A DNA stretch of 64,000 bases from an uncultured Gammaproteobacteria bacterium (GTDB taxonomy: Bacteria; Patescibacteriota; Patescibacteriia; UBA10025; JAHIVO01). Positions within the stretch are counted from its first letter, which is position 1. Every line of letters starts with the position of its first letter. Location of the stretch: positions 77,145 to 141,144 of the forward strand of contig CAZVMV010000001.1 of assembly GCA_964628855.1 (NCBI GenBank), written 5' to 3'. The notes beneath the pieces were generated by a model. The model did not search any database, was not told where the DNA came from, and was given only the letters and a program-made list of their open reading frames with translations. Shown here piece by piece: positions 59,701 to 64,000 of this stretch. The position numbers and the translations under genes were made by a program.

Positions 59701-62700
59701 GATACCGCATACCGGCAGCACTTCATCGATTAAGCCAGACTGCCATCCGCCGGTGGTATTAGTTGTGTACAGATTGCCGTTTGCTTTCAAATACTTTGCG
59801 ATTTGCCAGTTCGAGACGCCGCCTTTGGCAGCGACATAAATATATTTCGCGTCCTGGGTGATATACAAACCATAGTAAGCATATCTTGCCGGCTCGATTA
59901 CCCCGTCACCATCAAAACTGTTTACGAGAGCACCAGTGTCCAGCCGGCGTTTCTCTATGCGCCACTGACTGACATTATCTAGCGTACCAACGACGTACAT
60001 ATAGGTTCCATTTGAATCAATTACAATGTCAGTTGCGTCTTTGGTGGCACTGCCGCCAGTAATAACGCCGTTTGTCCCGAAAGTCGTACTACATCTGGCG
60101 GCGGTGCAAACTTGGCCATTGTCCAGCCGGCGTTTCTCGATCCGCCAGCCGTCATTTGCTGGATCAGCGTCTTTGGTGTTGCCATAGGAACCGATTGCAT
60201 ACAAGTATTGATTGGTACTGTCAATTGCAACCTGTGTCGCCATCCCCTGCGGTCCATCCACTATGCCATTGTCATTAAAAGCGCCGCAGTATAAGGCGCT
60301 GAAATATTTCTCGTTCCATATTACGTGCGGATTACCGAACCGGTCCAATTTGATTAATGGGTTATTGCTCCTGCCGGTTGTAGTTTTAGACAGGTTTAGG
60401 TTGGGGGTATTTATTGTCTGTGAGACATTGAATGTATTACCCCCAGCAGTTACCCAGGCACTGCCGGACCATTGGGCCATTAAAATATCCGGCTGTAATA
60501 TTCCGCTCCCGTCATCGTCGTTATAATCAGACCAGGCAATGTGCGGAATGTTGTTGGTATCGAAAACTACCGACTGGGAATAGTCATACGCATGGTCAAT
60601 ATTCTTATTGACCTGCAAATTCGTAATGTCCGCCTGCCCGCTCACGGATACCCAGGCGCTCCCGTTCCAGCGGCGGTATAAAAGTTTGTTCGGGTCGCGC
60701 CAGACTATACCGGGCACATGGTTGGAATCAACTGCCACATCAGGATAAACTCCATCAGGTGTGGGTATGCCCAAACCCGCAATTGAACCCACGTCATTGT
60801 TTAACGAAAGGTTAGCTCCGCCAAAACCGCTTGTCCCATCATTGCTAGCCGTGACCCAATTGGTGCCGTTCCAGTACCGGTAAAAAATATGATTACCAGT
60901 ATTCAATCCGGGCGTTCCGGCGGGTACTTGCTGTTGCCAAGTGACCATAGGTGTCGTGCCGTCCATGGCCAATCTCGGAAAACTGGAAAAATTATTTACC
61001 GTTTTACTGACATCCAAATTATTTGCATCATTGTTCATCGGCTGCCATGAACCGCTGACTAGTTGTTTGAAATAAATTCCAGTAGTGGCGCCTGACCAAG
61101 GTCCGTGCCGGAATACGACATTCAATGTGCCTGTACTATCTATCTTTAAAGTAGGAGTCTGGGCCGGATTTGTGCTTACTTCCTGTTGGGCTGTCCATGT
61201 GCCGGCCGACGCGTCCCAGCGTGAATATACGATTTTTCCGTATTCATTTGCCCAACCGCCTTCCTGCCAGACGATGTGCGGATTTCCATCACTATCCAGC
61301 GCTAACGAAGGTGACACTGAGCCGTCGCCGTTCGGGTCGATGCCAGTATCCGGATTGGAATTATTACTGACATTAAGCCGGTTAGAAATTTTTTCTGCGT
61401 CAGTCCAAGCCGGGTCGTACGTAACCCCTGTGACGGTGGCCCATTTGCCGGCCAAGAGTTGGAGATAATAAATATCGAAGGAATTATTGGTTTTATTAAA
61501 TGCAGACCATGCAAGATGAGGGCTGCCATGGCCATCCAGAACCATGGATGATTGCGGCCATTTGGAATAATCCTTTACCCAGCCGTCCTGAGTGGCGTTC
61601 TCAGGGTTCAGCCAGGACGACTTGCTGGTGAAGGCGGAAGTCTGTGCATTCCATCCCCAGCCGAACACGCTGTACAATTTAGTGTCATTTGGGTTTACGT
61701 TCGGGTCAGCCAGGAATGATTGGGAGTCAATTTCAGTCCCGGACAATTGGTACGGACCAGCATTGCCCCTGCCGTCATTGTATGTGCCCGCTAATTTCAT
61801 CCAGCCCCAGTCAGTATAGCCCTGGTCAGTTCCGGCTTTCTTGAGCGTCAGGATCCTGGCCCAACCCTCTATGCCGCGGGTGGTGCCGTTGAAATTGGCA
61901 GTGGCTGTAGCCCGGCATTCTTCGGTAGCCGGCGTCGAAGCGTCTACCGGGCAGGTATCTCCAGTTTTGCAGGAATAAAATATGCAAGTGGCAGTGCTGG
62001 GTGACGGACAGTTGCTGAGATCCTTGTCCCAGCAAATCTTGGAGACATCCGTGGAGCAGGTGCCATACTTTTTGCCAGTGCCGTCCTGGGCGTTGTAACA
62101 AAATCCATAGAGCGGGCTGCCGACCGGCGTACCGGCACTCTCGATACAGCTATTGGAAACGCAATCCTCATTACGGTAACACCCTCGCTGGGAATCGTCT
62201 GCACAGACTTTAGCATTCATGCTGATCCATCCCAGTCCGGTTTTTGGGGTGGTGGTTGAAACGGAAAATTTGGGTATATAAAGATTTGTGCTGTACAGGG
62301 AGTGCAGGCCCGTCCAGATTGAACCAATGGCGTAAGTCAATTTGAATGGCTGGCTGCTGGTCGGGAATGCCTGGACCTCGGGAGCAGAGTTTAAAATTGT
62401 TGAGGCTCTGATCCGGTATACTTTCCCTCCATCATATCCGGCTGCCCAAACATTTTTTGTATCATACTCAAGTCCCATGATAACCCCACCAGTTGCTTGT
62501 AATTCAAAATCGGATTTGACCCATGTCCCGACATCATTATTGATTTTTAAGACAGAAACAAGCCCTCTGGTACCAGTATCGCCATGACTGACCCACCAAT
62601 AGTTGCCATCAAAAACTATTTCCCGCGGATAACGGTCAGTGCCAGAAGGCAATGAGAAGGTTTTTACCTGGTTGGCTGGATCTATACCGTCAGTCCGGTT

Positions 62701-63999
62701 GAGACGGGATACACTCGCCCCATTAAAATTGTTTACCCAAATCGACTGACCGTCAAAGTACGGCTGCTGAGGGGTATTGATACCATACGCGCTACAACGC
62801 ACCGGTGTCGGTGATGGAGATGTGCCATTACAATTTATCTCCTTGGTTTCGCCGAGATTCAAGCTGCGCCTGATACGTACTACACCGTTACGAGAGGCGA
62901 TCCAAAAATCCTTACCGTCCCAGACTAATCCCGACTGCCCGGAGTCCGGGGTTGCACATGATGCATCGCCATAATTTACCGTCTCAATCAGTTGACCAAC
63001 CGTAATTCCGCCATATCTGGCCGGATCATTCACTGTGGCGAAACGGTATAATCGGCAGGCGGCTTGGCCTGTCGCCCACAAGTCCGTACCGTCATATACC
63101 AACCGCATAAAATCTTCGTTAGGGTAGGCTCCGGAATAATTAAACTTTTCCGTAACAAAGGTAGAAGGATTTATCCGATATAACAAAGATGGTCGTTGTC
63201 CTAGAGCGCTATTAACTAGATGAGGCGCAGCCCAGAGATATTGACCATCATATGCGATTTGTTTGAACGAATATTCAAACGCAAGTAGTCCGGACCCACC
63301 GGTAACATTTAATGTCTTATCTTCTGAAACATTACTTTGACTGACAGACTGGCCGGAAGAGCTCCAGGCATACCCCTCGAGCGGGTTAATTTCCCGGGAT
63401 GCTTCAAAATTGCTATTAACCCCCCAGCTCAATGCCGTATCGCCGCTGTAATCTGCCGGCGGGTTTGCGAAAAAATTCAGGTAATTTAACGAGATCCAGC
63501 CGGCACTGGTAGTCCACGCCCAACCGACAATATTATTTTTAATAAGGAATAAGGTGGCGACCGGTCCGAAAGTAGTCGGGACAGATTCCTGGTTCTGTGC
63601 CTTGACCTTGAATTCGTAACGGACAGACGGATCAAGCCCTGTAGCGGTGATCCCATTATCCCCGCTCCATCCCGTACCGACCGTAGTACCTTTCACCGCC
63701 CAATGCCCAACAGTATCCGGAGTCAGGTTGCAGTTCAGCGCCCAGTCGACTGTGACTCGTCCGTTAAAGTCGTCATCAGTATTTAAATAACCCGTATCAT
63801 CAATAGTCCCGTCCGCTTTATATTTTGTTATGCAAATCGCAAAATTGGTGTTTGCGGGATTTCCGTTTTCCTGCACCTTCACGTTTATTTCGCCTCCTGG
63901 CAATGACTGCACAATCGGCCGACTGGGGACATTGGCCAGCGTATATTTACACTGCGCGGCAACCGGACCTTCTGTAGTGTAATCACCGGTGCCGTCAAT
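56746..63999 (-). CDS. Giant multidomain surface/adhesin-like protein, >2400 aa, 5' end outside the window
   Basis: Frame stays open from 63999 (IDGTGDYTTEG...). Contains an FN3-like segment, GWAW/GWIS repeats, three propeller repeat sets, Cys-rich modules, two DNRLRE-like domains and a C-terminal beta-helix-like region. Ends 11 nt before pilM. Confidence 0.9.
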   Translation of the reverse strand: MDGTGDYTTEGPVAAQCKYTLANVPSRPIVQSLPGGEINVKVQENGNPANTNFAICITKYKADGTIDDTGYLNTDDDFNGRVTVDWALNCNLTPDTVGHWAVKGTTVGTGWSGDNGITATGLDPSVRYEFKVKAQNQESVPTTFGPVATLFLIKNNIVGWAWTTSAGWISLNYLNFFANPPADYSGDTALSWGVNSNFEASREINPLEGYAWSSSGQSVSQSNVSEDKTLNVTGGSGLLAFEYSFKQIAYDGQYLWAAPHLVNSALGQRPSLLYRINPSTFVTEKFNYSGAYPNEDFMRLVYDGTDLWATGQAACRLYRFATVNDPARYGGITVGQLIETVNYGDASCATPDSGQSGLVWDGKDFWIASRNGVVRIRRSLNLGETKEINCNGTSPSPTPVRCSAYGINTPQQPYFDGQSIWVNNFNGASVSRLNRTDGIDPANQVKTFSLPSGTDRYPREIVFDGNYWWVSHGDTGTRGLVSVLKINNDVGTWVKSDFELQATGGVIMGLEYDTKNVWAAGYDGGKVYRIRASTILNSAPEVQAFPTSSQPFKLTYAIGSIWTGLHSLYSTNLYIPKFSVSTTTPKTGLGWISMNAKVCADDSQRGCYRNEDCVSNSCIESAGTPVGSPLYGFCYNAQDGTGKKYGTCSTDVSKICWDKDLSNCPSPSTATCIFYSCKTGDTCPVDASTPATEECRATATANFNGTTRGIEGWARILTLKKAGTDQGYTDWGWMKLAGTYNDGRGNAGPYQLSGTEIDSQSFLADPNVNPNDTKLYSVFGWGWNAQTSAFTSKSSWLNPENATQDGWVKDYSKWPQSSMVLDGHGSPHLAWSAFNKTNNSFDIYYLQLLAGKWATVTGVTYDPAWTDAEKISNRLNVSNNSNPDTGIDPNGDGSVSPSLALDSDGNPHIVWQEGGWANEYGKIVYSRWDASAGTWTAQQEVSTNPAQTPTLKIDSTGTLNVVFRHGPWSGATTGIYFKQLVSGSWQPMNNDANNLDVSKTVNNFSSFPRLAMDGTTPMVTWQQQVPAGTPGLNTGNHIFYRYWNGTNWVTASNDGTSGFGGANLSLNNDVGSIAGLGIPTPDGVYPDVAVDSNHVPGIVWRDPNKLLYRRWNGSAWVSVSGQADITNLQVNKNIDHAYDYSQSVVFDTNNIPHIAWSDYNDDDGSGILQPDILMAQWSGSAWVTAGGNTFNVSQTINTPNLNLSKTTTGRSNNPLIKLDRFGNPHVIWNEKYFSALYCGAFNDNGIVDGPQGMATQVAIDSTNQYLYAIGSYGNTKDADPANDGWRIEKRRLDNGQVCTAARCSTTFGTNGVITGGSATKDATDIVIDSNGTYMYVVGTLDNVSQWRIEKRRLDTGALVNSFDGDGVIEPARYAYYGLYITQDAKYIYVAAKGGVSNWQIAKYLKANGNLYTTNTTGGWQSGLIDEVLPVCGIPGCDNAIFSITADGTYMYIAGSNANTSGSGPDKWRIEKRRLDNGTLEPAFGTGGAVTGPANSYFASDIILDGQSLYVGGNIFSGTLNLLIGKYDKVTGSPDAGFGTGGFIQYSSTSSDSAVALSVDGTYLYAGGAPRWHYQKWDKNSGTPFSTATTNGWGYSQPGNVVLSNGAMELNNPSGDYGINGFAIDGTYMYAVGNIPEMSLTSTANWHIEKRLMDTGVLKNYHSSNECTDTVYPQCLDYGWDTFELYYCGKNNIDYSLWSPGIAQGGNGWVEFMPAGALLGIPWVKTMFADIHASQNISLAPPPRGTGDYTSTYLIESGGAISGISGYYGGTTTGSPTSQLPEQPGFSPLVQNQPSIQTLGADLLAKLDVNGLVGRTNGSKNRHGTTVVEGVGTDISTSGAFTWTGLPARNTVLGNKVYYFHGQPTYTINSDMTFLQGDDSTNPATSGAGVIVVDGNLEINANIYYDKRCSDNSVCRVDADCGSGTCDDPHITNLVELPSAAIIVRGNVYINSLISKVSSVVAAIDNPSTADDPTTTTVVENLEGIISTGRKAPSYSYTESVDDTFVSYDGSTYLNAYQDVASSFGRPGASTTNRSFLRFPLGVPAGAEIKSAYLRLRSNGSGIGDFNARLYLIDGENASTLNFTSSPNPTLYNIATSNSVNFLINSNWVSGTWYQTPDLKAIIQRFVSKDNYSAGNYLGLVIKEGDAATGESRGFQTYDSAATNAPQLVIEYSPRRATYPTTPPPIGSTVTSTTTDSSTQNLLFGWNGTTAQRAYLQFPISIPINAEILKAQVHTTMCAAGTTAMELRQGLLQNYPTAAQITATAGAPWALPLTAEVSEVAQNVSLNAFGNNQQVAFSDITRQINAFIARTTYRPGVAGISEFDLRIRRGSDTTELIAAAGETRCLQKNSTTLAIDYQIPLSVSGLFVAGTGYNFDRKYMKNLDPAEQILYDGRVVANTPPGLVDFIQALPVYHRVTP

Positions 64000-64000
64000 T

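Noticed and set aside
59030-60150. Repeated CGGCGTTTCTC.AT.CGCCA DNA as a CRISPR array or DGR template/variable repeat
   Set aside because: The repeats are in-frame codons for WRIEKRRLD blades with irregular spacing, and no cas or reverse transcriptase gene is present.

Overview
A gene-dense bacterial window, most likely from a Patescibacteria (CPR) genome. This is an inference from the missing L30 gene between rpsE and rplO, the monoderm-type type IV pilus cluster without PilQ, the lack of SD motifs on housekeeping genes, and a giant GWAW/GWIS-repeat surface protein. In order, the window holds: a truncated secreted propeller-repeat gene, two orphan genes, and dnaB-ybaB-recR; the str/S10/spc ribosomal superoperon on the minus strand, running into secY-kinase-adk-map-ruvX-wecA-DUF192-rplU; an M50 protease, rpmB (missed by the ORF track) and uppS; a copper-efflux locus; rlmN, MazG-like and GNAT genes, tRNA-Pro(GGG), ndk, a receiver protein, gatCA and ligA; and a ~24 kb type IV pilus locus with a glycosylation pair, headed by a >2400 aa adhesin-like gene that runs off the window end. 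Best novelty candidates: (1) a Met/Cys/His-rich membrane uORF plus hairpin that may act as a copper-sensing, ribosome-coupled attenuator; (2) exit-tunnel proteins L23 and L22 carrying long tails that end in amphipathic helices, the L23 one FtsY-like; (3) a 634 aa PilN with a duplicated PilM-binding motif and four amphipathic helices; (4) a giant protein with three 7-bladed propellers, one nested inside another; (5) structured leaders ahead of the major pilin and rplC, and a candidate sRNA. All calls come from reading the sequence by eye; no database searches were run.
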